From Bacilli bacterium (GTDB taxonomy: Bacteria; Bacillota_I; Bacilli_A; RFN20; UBA1709): a stretch of DNA of 64,000 nt. The notes below the pieces were generated by a model. It was not told the origin of the DNA. It was given only the letters and a program-made list of their open reading frames with translations, and ran no database searches. Positions 28,579-37,933 of this stretch are shown here, one piece after another (position 1 is the first letter of the stretch; every line of letters starts with the position of its first letter). The position numbers and the translations under genes are program-made. The stretch covers positions 576,001-640,000 of the forward strand of contig JBMNFL010000001.1 in assembly GCA_050949315.1 (NCBI GenBank), written 5' to 3'.

Positions 28579-29952
28579 TTATTCCATAAATCTTAATGCT
28601 TCTAAAACTTCAACTGTCAAATCTTTGAAACCATTTTCAACCTTATCTCCGGCCTCATTAAGTTTGGGTTCACACTTACCGGCAATAGCGATGAAGACTG
28701 AAACATCTTCGGTTACCCCAAAGTATGTTCTGTCCCCAAGGGTGTATTTCTTAAAGCCCTCAATGGCCTCGAATTTATCGACATCAACTTGGTAAGCCTC
28801 GCTGCCATCAGAATAGAAAGTTTCTAATTCTAATTCATCATTCCAAGCATTAACAGCTTCACTAGAAAGTACACGATAGACATATTCATGATCTAAGTTT
28901 ATATCTTTGTAGTGCTCGAAATTCATTGAACCATCTGCCAATCTCTCCCTAGTAAGATCGGTGAAATCGCGTTCATATGCTTCATACGCCGCTGTCAAAT
29001 TTCCTTCTTCATCAAATGTCGCAGAATAAGCTTGAATATGGAAATTTGTACGTTGCATGTATTTATCTGGGAAACTGTTGATAAGTTCTTGCTTTCCAGC
29101 ATAGGCCCCTTTAGTTCCATAAGTGAAAGTACCGCTTGCTTCATGCTCTTCTTCTACCTGCATGGTCTCAATTTTCGGTCTAGCGCCTGTAGTGGTTGAA
29201 GCCACATATGTAAAGCCTTCCATTCTTGCCGATTCAATACGATATACTTCACCAACTTTGGCAAATTTAACTTTTACAAAATATTCTTCATAAGTATGAT
29301 GATAAAGACCACCAGAAAAATCAACATCCCAGTCTGTGTCGCTATCTAAGATATATAAAATACCATCTTCACCTTCAACAACATCATAGCCGCCAAGCAT
29401 ATTCTTAATAAAATAGTCAAAGCCTGGACCACCAACAGAAAATTCAGGTGTTTCAGACAAATTGAAACTATAAAAGTAAGGTCCTTCATTCTCTTTCTCT
29501 TTCTCTACTTCATAACTCTTCCCATCCTTATGAACGGTGACTCCAAAACTTTCCATAGTATTAGTTTCTACCTTATCTAATGCAGTTTGTGTCACTGTCA
29601 TAGTTTCATGGGCCGTATAGTCATTGTCTACATAAGCAACACTGTCTTGACGCATAGTGGTTTCGGTTGTTTCGTCTTTGGAATTCATTACAAGTTCAAT
29701 GCGTTTTAATTCCTTACAACCCTCGCGAACCTTGAGCCAAAATTGTAATTTTTCTTTTTCATTAAGAACTTTTTTTACAGTAACTGGACCACCAGTTTCG
29801 CCACCGGGATCTTCAGTACTAGTAGAGGTGCCTGTTGTATCCGTTGTACTTGTTGTATCCGATGAACTTGTACTCTCTTTACCACAAGCTGTCGCCACTA
29901 AAAATACCGGCAAAATAATCAATATTAATAGTCTTAGAAATTTCTTTTTCAT
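28579..29952 (-). CDS. Lipoprotein of unknown function
   Basis: Signal peptide with lipobox ATAC, S/T-rich linker, acidic beta-rich body; ATG at 29952 after AAAGGAGG. Confidence 0.8.
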   Translation of the reverse strand: MKKKFLRLLILIILPVFLVATACGKESTSSSDTTSTTDTTGTSTSTEDPGGETGGPVTVKKVLNEKEKLQFWLKVREGCKELKRIELVMNSKDETTETTMRQDSVAYVDNDYTAHETMTVTQTALDKVETNTMESFGVTVHKDGKSYEVEKEKENEGPYFYSFNLSETPEFSVGGPGFDYFIKNMLGGYDVVEGEDGILYILDSDTDWDVDFSGGLYHHTYEEYFVKVKFAKVGEVYRIESARMEGFTYVASTTTGARPKIETMQVEEEHEASGTFTYGTKGAYAGKQELINSFPDKYMQRTNFHIQAYSATFDEEGNLTAAYEAYERDFTDLTRERLADGSMNFEHYKDINLDHEYVYRVLSSEAVNAWNDELELETFYSDGSEAYQVDVDKFEAIEGFKKYTLGDRTYFGVTEDVSVFIAIAGKCEPKLNEAGDKVENGFKDLTVEVLEALRFME

Positions 29953-30081
29953 TAGTGAATTTCCTCCTTTCACAATAGAATTTTGACTAATAATTACCTT
30001 AAAACTTCTTTTTTAATACCCTCACCTCCATTTTTATATTTTTTAAACTACAACAACTTTTTAACTGATTCTTCTAACATT

Positions 30082-30222
30082 TTAACTGTAATCCCTAAAA
30101 TAAAACCTGCAACCACAATTGGTAATGGTGGGCACAATTAAAAGAATCTTTCCTTGATATGTAGTTAAGGAAACATTGACTCCCTGGTTATCTTTGACTG
30201 TCAAATCATATAACTTCATCAT
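30082..30222 (-). pseudogene. Glutathione peroxidase N-terminal remnant
   Basis: MKLYDLTVKDNQGVNVSLTTYQGKILLIVPTITNCG resembles the Gpx start (GKVLLIVNTAxxCG), then the ORF stops. Confidence 0.7.
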
Positions 30223-30317
30223 GCATCCCCTAATTTTTACTGTTCGTTTTTGCTTATTCTGTCTACATTTTACCATTTATCAACTAAACATACTAGAGAA
30301 ATTTATTTTAACAAAAT

Positions 30318-30347
30318 AAAAAGGCTTGATATTGATACCTCAAGCCT
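30318..30347 (-). terminator. Intrinsic terminator after TetR gene
   Basis: AGGCTTGA/TCAAGCCT hairpin with T-tract on the minus strand. Confidence 0.65.
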
Positions 30348-30368
30348 CTTGTATCCAATTTTTTAAAT

Positions 30369-30908
30369 TTAAAGTTGTTTCATAATAATTTCGACAATTT
30401 CTTCAGGTGTTTCCCGCTTATCCTTATTTAACCAAACTCGTAAAACCTGATAGGCTCCGTAAGTTATATAGTTATAGGCATACTCCGACTCCCGTTCCGA
30501 ATAATTTGGGCCTAACATTTTATAGATCTCTTTTTTCACCTGATCTGAACCCAAGATTTTCTCAGCAAAGACGGGGTCAACATTATTGTTGATAAGTAAA
30601 CGCGACAATTCAAGATTTTCTTCTAGATAACGGCAAATAGTCTGAAAAGCGCTTCTATTATGGCCATTGACTCTAGTAGATTTGGATAAAGCTTCCTCAA
30701 CTAAGGCCATCAAATCCACTTCCATCTCTTCAAGAAGATCAAATTGACTTCCATAGTACTTATAAAATGTTGAGCGATTAATTTCCGCCTTATCACACAA
30801 TTCACGAATAGAAATTTGATAAATCGTCTTGTTTTTTAATAATTCAATCAAGCTATCTTTAAGAATACGCTTAGTGATTCTCGTCCTCTGATTGATTTTT
30901 TTAGTCAT
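30369..30908 (-). CDS. TetR/AcrR family regulator
   Basis: ISIRELCDKAEINRSTFYKYY HTH; divergent from the MMPL gene. Confidence 0.92.
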   Translation of the reverse strand: MTKKINQRTRITKRILKDSLIELLKNKTIYQISIRELCDKAEINRSTFYKYYGSQFDLLEEMEVDLMALVEEALSKSTRVNGHNRSAFQTICRYLEENLELSRLLINNNVDPVFAEKILGSDQVKKEIYKMLGPNYSERESEYAYNYITYGAYQVLRVWLNKDKRETPEEIVEIIMKQL

Positions 30909-31093
30909 ATCTTCACCCTCCAATCCAACAATCACAACGATTTTGTTGCAAAGCCGACATTTAATATTTAATTGCCTTTTTTAAAACTTTTTTTAAAAAT
31001 CAGTCGGTTGATAATGCAACACATGTCTATTATAATACGACCGAGCGCATTTATCAAGATACGCGATTCAAGAAAAAGAAAGAGGTTGATAAG

Positions 31094-34000
31094 ATGAAAA
31101 AATTTTCTAGTTTCGTCATTAATAAGCGCTATCCAATTCTCATTATTATCCTGATAATCACAGCCTTTTGTGCCTATTTGATACCTAAGGTGAAAGTTAA
31201 CAGTGATTTAAGCAAATACCTTGCTGATGATTCATCAATGAAAATGGGTATTGATATCATGGATGAGGAATTTAATGGAAGCAAAAATAATCGAACAATT
31301 CGAGTAATGTTCAAAGGTCTCAGCGCCGAAGAAAAAAATGAGATTCTGATTGAACTTAAAGATATTGAATATGTCGATCGTGTTAACTTTAAAGCCGATA
31401 GCCCCGACTACAACAAAGGGGAAAATACCTTATACATTATAAATACACCTTATGCCTATGGCTCGCCTGAAGAGTCTTCAATTGAAAAGTATTTGGAAGA
31501 AAACTTTACCGAATATAATATGCAATTCCAAAACGACAATATTTCTCAAACGGTTTTGCCTTTATGGATTTCTATTGTGGCGGTGGGGATTGTCCTTACG
31601 ATTCTTTTCATCATGTCTAAGTCCTGGTTTGAACCCTTCTTATTCATGTTTACTCTCGGTATTGCCATCACCATAAATATGGGAACCAATATTCTTATGG
31701 GGACCATTTCCGATGTTTCCCTTTCAATTGCCGGCATTCTCCAATTAGTTCTTTCCATGGACTATTCAATTATCCTTTTGTCGCGTTATCGACAAGAAAA
31801 AGAAAAGAATCCCGATAAATATGCCGCGATGAAAGAGGCCTTTAAATATGCCTTCCTTTCAATTATTGGCAGTTCAGTAACTACTATCGTCGGTCTATTA
31901 GCCCTAACCTTTATGAGTTTTAAGATTGGTGCCGATATCGGTATCGTTTTAGCCAAAGGCGTGCTCATCAGTATGCTGGCAGTCTTTACCATCCTACCCT
32001 GTTTAATCTTACTCTTTGATAATGTTATTACTAAAACAAATAAAAAAGAGTTCAATGTCCCCACTAAAAAACTCGCCTCCTTTAGTTATCGGGCTCGGCG
32101 GGTTTTAACAGCGGTCTTCATTGTTCTTTTTGCCAGCACGGCAATTTTACAAAGTCGTACTCCTATCTCTTATATCCTCGCTGATAAAAAAGGTGAGATT
32201 GCTGAAACCTTCCCGCCCAATAAGATGTTGGTTCTTGTTTATGAAAATAAAGACGAGGCGGCAATTGTTGACATCGCCGATCATCTTGCTAAAGATAGTA
32301 AAATCAAAAGTACTATTTCCTATCCTAGTACGATTGATAAAGCCTATACCTCAGAAGAACTCGTAGACGTGATTAAAGAATTTGATAGCGGCAGAGCCGT
32401 TGATACCGAATCTTTAGACATTATCTATTATCACTATCATAAAGAGGGTGCTTTACCGAGCATGAGCTTAGCTGAATTTTTAGATTTCTTAAATAATCAT
32501 GCTATTGATAACGAAAATTTTGCTACCCATTTTGATAGTGCTTCTGTCACGGGAATAAATACCCTTGCTAAATTTGCCAATCCTACTTTATTAACAACAC
32601 CAGTAGGGACCAGTGCCACTGCTGAATTTTTCGAAATTGAAGAAGCGAAGATCCAACCGGTCTTTGTCATCTACCACGGTAAACAAGTGGAAGATAGAAA
32701 AATGAGTTTAGTCACCTTTACCAATTTCTTTGTTGATGGTATTTTGACCAATCCTCTTTATGCTAGCCAAGTTGATGAGGCCACTCAAACCCAAATGACA
32801 AACCTTAACAATTTAGTTAATGTGGCCGTCGCAGGAACGGAACTTCAAGCCGCTCAAATGGCCGCTTTAACGGGCATGACTAGTGAAAATGTCACTCAAC
32901 TCTATAACTATAAAGCCATGCTGATTGGTGCTCCTGTCACTGCCATGTCACTTCCAGCCTTCCTACAATTTGTTTTAGATGATGTTGTCCCTAATCCCAT
33001 GTTTGCTGGTATGTTTAGCGAAGAGGCCGTCGCTCAATTAAATGGTTTACAAACCATCGTTAATACCGCTATTTCGGGAGTAGAATTAACTCCGACTCAA
33101 TTATCACCCCTATTAGGTGGCGTTTCAGCCGAACAGCTTGATCAATTGTTTATCTTCTATCATGGTCGTGATACTAGTGATAAAAAGATGAGCCCCAAGG
33201 CCTTTGTTGATGAATTACTCTCTAATCCCTTACTAAGTTCAACCTTAGATGAGACCACCACACAACAACTAACCTTTGCTCAATCTTTAATCAATGCGAC
33301 CATCGCTGAGAAAAAATATACTGCCGCCGAAATGACAACTATGTTATCTAGCACCGGTAAAACTATTGATGGTGAAATGTTAGAACTACTCTATCTTTAC
33401 TATGGCAGCAAAGTACATAGCGATGCCACTTGGACTATGAAAATCGCTGATTTCCTCGATTATCTAAACGATACTATCTTTGAAGATTCCCGTTTTGATG
33501 ATTTTATTGATAGCGAAACCAAAGCAGAAGTCCCAGTAATGCAAGAGGAATTAAATGAAAACATTGAAACGCTCAAAGGGCCAAGATATTCGCGCTTAAT
33601 CTTCAGTAGCAGTTATGAAGATGAATCTACAGAAACTACAGCTTTCCTTGATGACTTAACAACACGTTGTAAAAATAAACTCAGCGGTGATTATTATCTA
33701 GTTGGCGATGCTGCCATGGTTTATGAGATGCAGCAAACCTTTGACCAAGAACTAATCCTAATTTCTTTATTAACCGCTGGTGCTATCTTTGTTGTAGTAG
33801 CCCTAGTTTTCCGCTCCCTTATCATTCCTGCTATCCTAGTATTACTAGTTCAATGCGGTGTCTTTATTACCGTCTGTATCGCCGGTATTCAAGGAATGGC
33901 TATCTATTTCCTTGCCCTTCTGATTGTCGAATGTATCCTGATGGGTGCCATGATTGACTATGCTATTCTGTTTACTAATTACTATCGTGAAAAGCGCCAA

Positions 34001-34252
34001 GTATTTGGAAAAAAATCAGCCTTAAGAGAAACTTATAAAGATGCCATCCATACCATTATGACCTCAGGTTCAATTATTGTTATCGGCGTTGGCATAGTTG
34101 GCTTTTGCTTTGACAATCCGGTTATTGCTCAAATCTGTATCGCCTTAGCAACCGGCGCTTTTTGTGCCTTAGTATTAGTTCTCTTTATCCTGCCTGGTTT
34201 GCTATCAGTCTTTGATAGATTGATAATTCGCAAACCTAAAGAAAAATTATAA
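31094..34252 (+). CDS. MMPL/RND family transporter with five ~81-aa extracellular repeats
   Basis: Two TM clusters with LSMDYSI and GAMIDYAI motifs; promoter TTGATA-17-TATAAT upstream. Confidence 0.9.
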   Translation: MKKFSSFVINKRYPILIIILIITAFCAYLIPKVKVNSDLSKYLADDSSMKMGIDIMDEEFNGSKNNRTIRVMFKGLSAEEKNEILIELKDIEYVDRVNFKADSPDYNKGENTLYIINTPYAYGSPEESSIEKYLEENFTEYNMQFQNDNISQTVLPLWISIVAVGIVLTILFIMSKSWFEPFLFMFTLGIAITINMGTNILMGTISDVSLSIAGILQLVLSMDYSIILLSRYRQEKEKNPDKYAAMKEAFKYAFLSIIGSSVTTIVGLLALTFMSFKIGADIGIVLAKGVLISMLAVFTILPCLILLFDNVITKTNKKEFNVPTKKLASFSYRARRVLTAVFIVLFASTAILQSRTPISYILADKKGEIAETFPPNKMLVLVYENKDEAAIVDIADHLAKDSKIKSTISYPSTIDKAYTSEELVDVIKEFDSGRAVDTESLDIIYYHYHKEGALPSMSLAEFLDFLNNHAIDNENFATHFDSASVTGINTLAKFANPTLLTTPVGTSATAEFFEIEEAKIQPVFVIYHGKQVEDRKMSLVTFTNFFVDGILTNPLYASQVDEATQTQMTNLNNLVNVAVAGTELQAAQMAALTGMTSENVTQLYNYKAMLIGAPVTAMSLPAFLQFVLDDVVPNPMFAGMFSEEAVAQLNGLQTIVNTAISGVELTPTQLSPLLGGVSAEQLDQLFIFYHGRDTSDKKMSPKAFVDELLSNPLLSSTLDETTTQQLTFAQSLINATIAEKKYTAAEMTTMLSSTGKTIDGEMLELLYLYYGSKVHSDATWTMKIADFLDYLNDTIFEDSRFDDFIDSETKAEVPVMQEELNENIETLKGPRYSRLIFSSSYEDESTETTAFLDDLTTRCKNKLSGDYYLVGDAAMVYEMQQTFDQELILISLLTAGAIFVVVALVFRSLIIPAILVLLVQCGVFITVCIAGIQGMAIYFLALLIVECILMGAMIDYAILFTNYYREKRQVFGKKSALRETYKDAIHTIMTSGSIIVIGVGIVGFCFDNPVIAQICIALATGAFCALVLVLFILPGLLSVFDRLIIRKPKEKL

Positions 34253-34263
34253 AAACAGATAAG

Positions 34264-34290
34264 AAAGAACACCTGATGGTGTTCTTTTTT
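34264..34290 (+). terminator. Intrinsic terminator after MMPL gene
   Basis: AAAGAACACC-tgat-GGTGTTCTTT followed by T-tract. Confidence 0.75.
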
Positions 34291-34499
34291 CTTTTGAAAA
34301 AATATTATAAGCCGATTGAATAAAGATTCCATTGTTTCCTATATTAATTATTCTATTGAACTTTTTTACAATTAATTGGGTTTTTGTTCAACAGCTAAAA
34401 TTTGTCCAATAAATGGAAAATCAGTATTTTTTGGGAAAAACAGAAAAAATTAAGCACTTCTTTTCAAAGGATTACAACTCTTGTAAACATAACTCAAAA

Positions 34500-35201
34500 C
34501 TACACAAAATCTAAAACACTTTTAAAGTTATATATAACACTACATTTAATCTTGTTTGCGTTTTCAAATTTATTAGTATTTAACCATATTGTTTTCAAGC
34601 CAACTGATGTAGCTCCAATAACATCGGTTTTATAATCGTTTCCAACATATACAATATCTTCTTTATTAATCTTAATATTTTCAGTCAGAATATCATCTAA
34701 TATAATTTTAAAAAATTTCTTGCTTGGTTTTCTAACACCATAATCAGCACTAGAATATATCTTTTCAAAATAATGTAAAATACCATATTCTTCAAGTAAC
34801 TTTTTAGTGGCCACAGCTCGAAAAATCGAGTTAGAAAGAATAAACATTCTTATCCCTTTTTTGTATAAAGCTTCCAAAGTTTCCTTCACTTCCTGAGATA
34901 AAAAAACTTTTTGCATTTTTTTCATTACATTATATTCAACTAAGTCGAAGTCTAATATATCATTCTCTTTGAATCTTTTAAAAAATAATTTTATCTCATC
35001 ATTAATCAAACATACCTCAATATTTTCAGTTATTCTTTTTTCATATAATGGCAAAAACGTATCAGCATATTGTTTAAAATCCATGTATGAACATTTGTCT
35101 GAAAAATAATTTTCATAAAGATAAATCAAACCATTTTCAAAATTAAATGATTTATTTGTTAAAACCGTATCATATAAATCAAAAATAATAACTTTATTCA
35201 T
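34500..35201 (-). CDS. HAD-superfamily hydrolase
   Basis: IFDLYDTV, ILSN, RKPS, YVGNDYKTDV. Confidence 0.9.
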   Translation of the reverse strand: MNKVIIFDLYDTVLTNKSFNFENGLIYLYENYFSDKCSYMDFKQYADTFLPLYEKRITENIEVCLINDEIKLFFKRFKENDILDFDLVEYNVMKKMQKVFLSQEVKETLEALYKKGIRMFILSNSIFRAVATKKLLEEYGILHYFEKIYSSADYGVRKPSKKFFKIILDDILTENIKINKEDIVYVGNDYKTDVIGATSVGLKTIWLNTNKFENANKIKCSVIYNFKSVLDFV

Positions 35202-35206
35202 TTTCT

Positions 35207-36211
35207 TTATTTATTATCAATCTTTTTGACCTTATCATTTATTGTTTTAATAGTCTTTAAATATTCTTTCTCAACTTTTGTTAAAGTTTTAACTTGATAT
35301 TTTCTATATTCTTCTCTTGCTTTTTCAATAGCTTGTTCATGAGAAATTGTCCCCGCATTTTCCAAGATTGCTGCCCCTGCAGTGGAAAAAATTGAATCTA
35401 AATATTTAATATGATCTTTCATATACATAGGTATTTTTCTTATAGCGTTTATCTCCGCAAAGTCAAAATAACCAGAAACCATATTATTTAAAATCTTTAG
35501 TTCTTCTTTAGTTAAATAATTTTTTGCAATACTAATATCTTTCATTCTTGGTAATTCACCTTCAAAATTAGTAAGTCCCATAAAAGGTTTATTTGCATCT
35601 ATACGATCATATATTATTTCCGCAGCAGTATTTCCGTGAACTGCATAATGTAATTTGTTTTGAACAATTTTAAAAAACTCGAGAGTTTCTTCCGTTTTAG
35701 GATCATAATCAATACTAGTGGCATATAAATCTAAAACCTGACGACATATTACCTTTTCAGAAGAACGAATATCACGAATTCTATCTATTAGTTCTTTCCA
35801 ATAGTTTCCTCCACCAAGTTCTTTAAGTCTTTTATCATCCATGGTAAAGCCTTTTATCATATACTCTTTTAAACGTTCAGTAGCCCATATTCTAAATCTA
35901 GTAGCAATAGATGACTTTATCCGATAACCAAGAGAAATTATCATATCTAAATTATAATGCATGACATTATAGTTTTTCCCATCCGTAGCAGTTATTCGGA
36001 ATTTCCGAACAACTGCATTTTTGTCTAATTCTCCTTCAGCAAAAATATTACTAATATGTTCACTCACATTAGATTTGCTCGTTTGATATAATTCTACAAG
36101 TTGGTCTTGGGATAACCAAATTGATTCATCTACTAATTTTACCTCTATATTCGTTAAACCTTCTTCGGTCTTATAAATTATTATTTCACCCTTACCATCT
36201 TTAACCGACAT
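35207..36211 (-). CDS. Virulence RhuM family protein
   Basis: IWLSQ, YNLDMIISLGYRIKS..ATRFRIWAT, RIRDIRSSEK, VQNKLHYA, AKNYL. Confidence 0.92.
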   Translation of the reverse strand: MSVKDGKGEIIIYKTEEGLTNIEVKLVDESIWLSQDQLVELYQTSKSNVSEHISNIFAEGELDKNAVVRKFRITATDGKNYNVMHYNLDMIISLGYRIKSSIATRFRIWATERLKEYMIKGFTMDDKRLKELGGGNYWKELIDRIRDIRSSEKVICRQVLDLYATSIDYDPKTEETLEFFKIVQNKLHYAVHGNTAAEIIYDRIDANKPFMGLTNFEGELPRMKDISIAKNYLTKEELKILNNMVSGYFDFAEINAIRKIPMYMKDHIKYLDSIFSTAGAAILENAGTISHEQAIEKAREEYRKYQVKTLTKVEKEYLKTIKTINDKVKKIDNK

Positions 36212-36488
36212 AAACTTTCCTCCATTTATGATTTAATATAGTGTCATATTTTTAATGTTTTATTCATGTATATTTTAGCATAAATCTATGGTCAAATAAA
36301 GACAATGCGCGAGATATTATTGATTATATTTTAAATAGTTTCTACTCTTGAAATACAAACTAAAATTATACGATTTTTTATTAAAAAAACTGCTTTAAGT
36401 CATCATTTAAACTTACAGCAGTTTATATATTAATTAGTTTATTTGGCTTTAGAAAGCTGCTTATCATAAAACTAATCTAACATTTATT

Positions 36489-36562
36489 TGGAGCAGATGA
36501 CGGGAATCGAACCCGCATAGCAACCTTGGCAAGGTTGTGTTCTGCCACTGAACTACATCTGC
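36489..36562 (-). tRNA. tRNA-Gly(GCC)
   Basis: GCAGATG...CAACC-TTGCCAA-GGTTG...CATCTGCTCCA. Confidence 0.97.
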
Positions 36563-36616
36563 ATTTAGAAAGGCAAGTCTCATTATACCTTGATTAAACT
36601 TGCCTTTCAACTCTTT

Positions 36617-36931
36617 TTAGATTATTTTCGCGATTGCTTTATCAAAATTGGCCTTTGGCCTGAAGCCTACTAGAGTATCAGCGACTTCCCCATTTTTGAA
36701 AATAATCACGGTAGGAATGCTGTAAACTCCATAGCGGGCGGCGATGGCCTCAACTTCATCAACATTTAATTTATAGACTTTTAATTTATCTTCGCTATAA
36801 CTATTGCTGATCTCTTCAATGACTGGGCCTAACATCCGACAGGGTCCGCACCAATCAGCATAAAAGTCCACTAGGACTGTGCCATATTTGACGGCTTCAT
36901 CAAATTCTTTAACACTTTTAATATATTTCAT
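36617..36931 (-). CDS. trxA: Thioredoxin
   Basis: DFYADWCGPC, YSIPT. Confidence 0.97.
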   Translation of the reverse strand: MKYIKSVKEFDEAVKYGTVLVDFYADWCGPCRMLGPVIEEISNSYSEDKLKVYKLNVDEVEAIAARYGVYSIPTVIIFKNGEVADTLVGFRPKANFDKAIAKII

Positions 36932-37005
36932 CTTCGTTTCCTCCTTTTACAGTTTATATGATAAAAGTTAAATTGTGGGAAAGCAAATAAGATGCTTAAC
37001 AATCG

Positions 37006-37917
37006 CTAATTGCAGGAATTTTTACCATAACTATCTTCTTCATAGTATTTGACACCATTGTCTTTTAGGAACTTTTTAATGACATCGGCGTGCAAACAAC
37101 GGCTGAGTAAGGCAAAGGGATGGGTACTATTCAAAACATCCTGCCCTTCAGCGAAGAGATGGTAAGGAATGGGGTTATTGGCATTAGGAATGGCAATGGT
37201 TTGAAACTGCATCCCATAAACAATACCAAATTGATCAAAAAGCGGTCCGCCAGCCATACCATTGAAACTCGGAGTGCTTAGCTCAATCGCAAAGTTTACA
37301 TCATCATCTACCACATTTCTAGTGACCATGCCCTCCTGAGGGAAAGATGGGGAAAAGAAGTTTCCTTCCTTGGTCCAAACAATCTCATCTTTTTCGGTAT
37401 CATATTTATAGTTAGTAAACTCTGGGAAAGGATAGCCAAGCCGGCAGAGAAATTGTCCTGGTTGTAAAGGACCCTTATCTTTTGTAAAAACCGCATGCCC
37501 TTGATAGAGTTTGTTTTCATAATCTTTGAAACGAATTAAAGCGAGATCATACTTGGGATGTTTAACACACTCAAAACCGCCGATTTTAGCAAAACAACCG
37601 ACAAAAGTGTTTTTCATATCACAGATAACATTATCTTTGAGTTTATATTTTTCCTCTAACTCTTCTAACTCCATCTCGTAACGATAATCATCATGGAGAT
37701 TCTTTTTTTCTTCAAGAAACTGGTGATAAATTTTAAACATATTATCACCAGCCACTAGCATATCCATCGTTCGCTTAGAACAGATGGCGCAGCCCTCATC
37801 ATTAACGAAGAAAATGGTGCTGCTAACCGGTAAGACCTTTTCACTCTTGTAGGCTCTTTGAATCGTGTTGATACAACGCGTGTACTTATTGGCTTTTTTA
37901 ATGGCATCTTCAAACAT
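37006..37917 (-). CDS. Trypsin-like fold protein with substituted catalytic residues
   Basis: FFVN..GCAICSKR, YDLALI, LGYP and GMAGGPLFD..G.VYG pattern. Confidence 0.7.
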   Translation of the reverse strand: MFEDAIKKANKYTRCINTIQRAYKSEKVLPVSSTIFFVNDEGCAICSKRTMDMLVAGDNMFKIYHQFLEEKKNLHDDYRYEMELEELEEKYKLKDNVICDMKNTFVGCFAKIGGFECVKHPKYDLALIRFKDYENKLYQGHAVFTKDKGPLQPGQFLCRLGYPFPEFTNYKYDTEKDEIVWTKEGNFFSPSFPQEGMVTRNVVDDDVNFAIELSTPSFNGMAGGPLFDQFGIVYGMQFQTIAIPNANNPIPYHLFAEGQDVLNSTHPFALLSRCLHADVIKKFLKDNGVKYYEEDSYGKNSCN

Positions 37918-37933
37918 ATTAATCCCTCCTAAA

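Noticed and set aside
29985-30030. Possible decayed duplicate of the lipoprotein RBS and signal-peptide start (GGAGGTG...ATTAAAAAAGAAGTTTTAAGG)
   Set aside because: Short, AT-rich similarity that cannot be distinguished from chance
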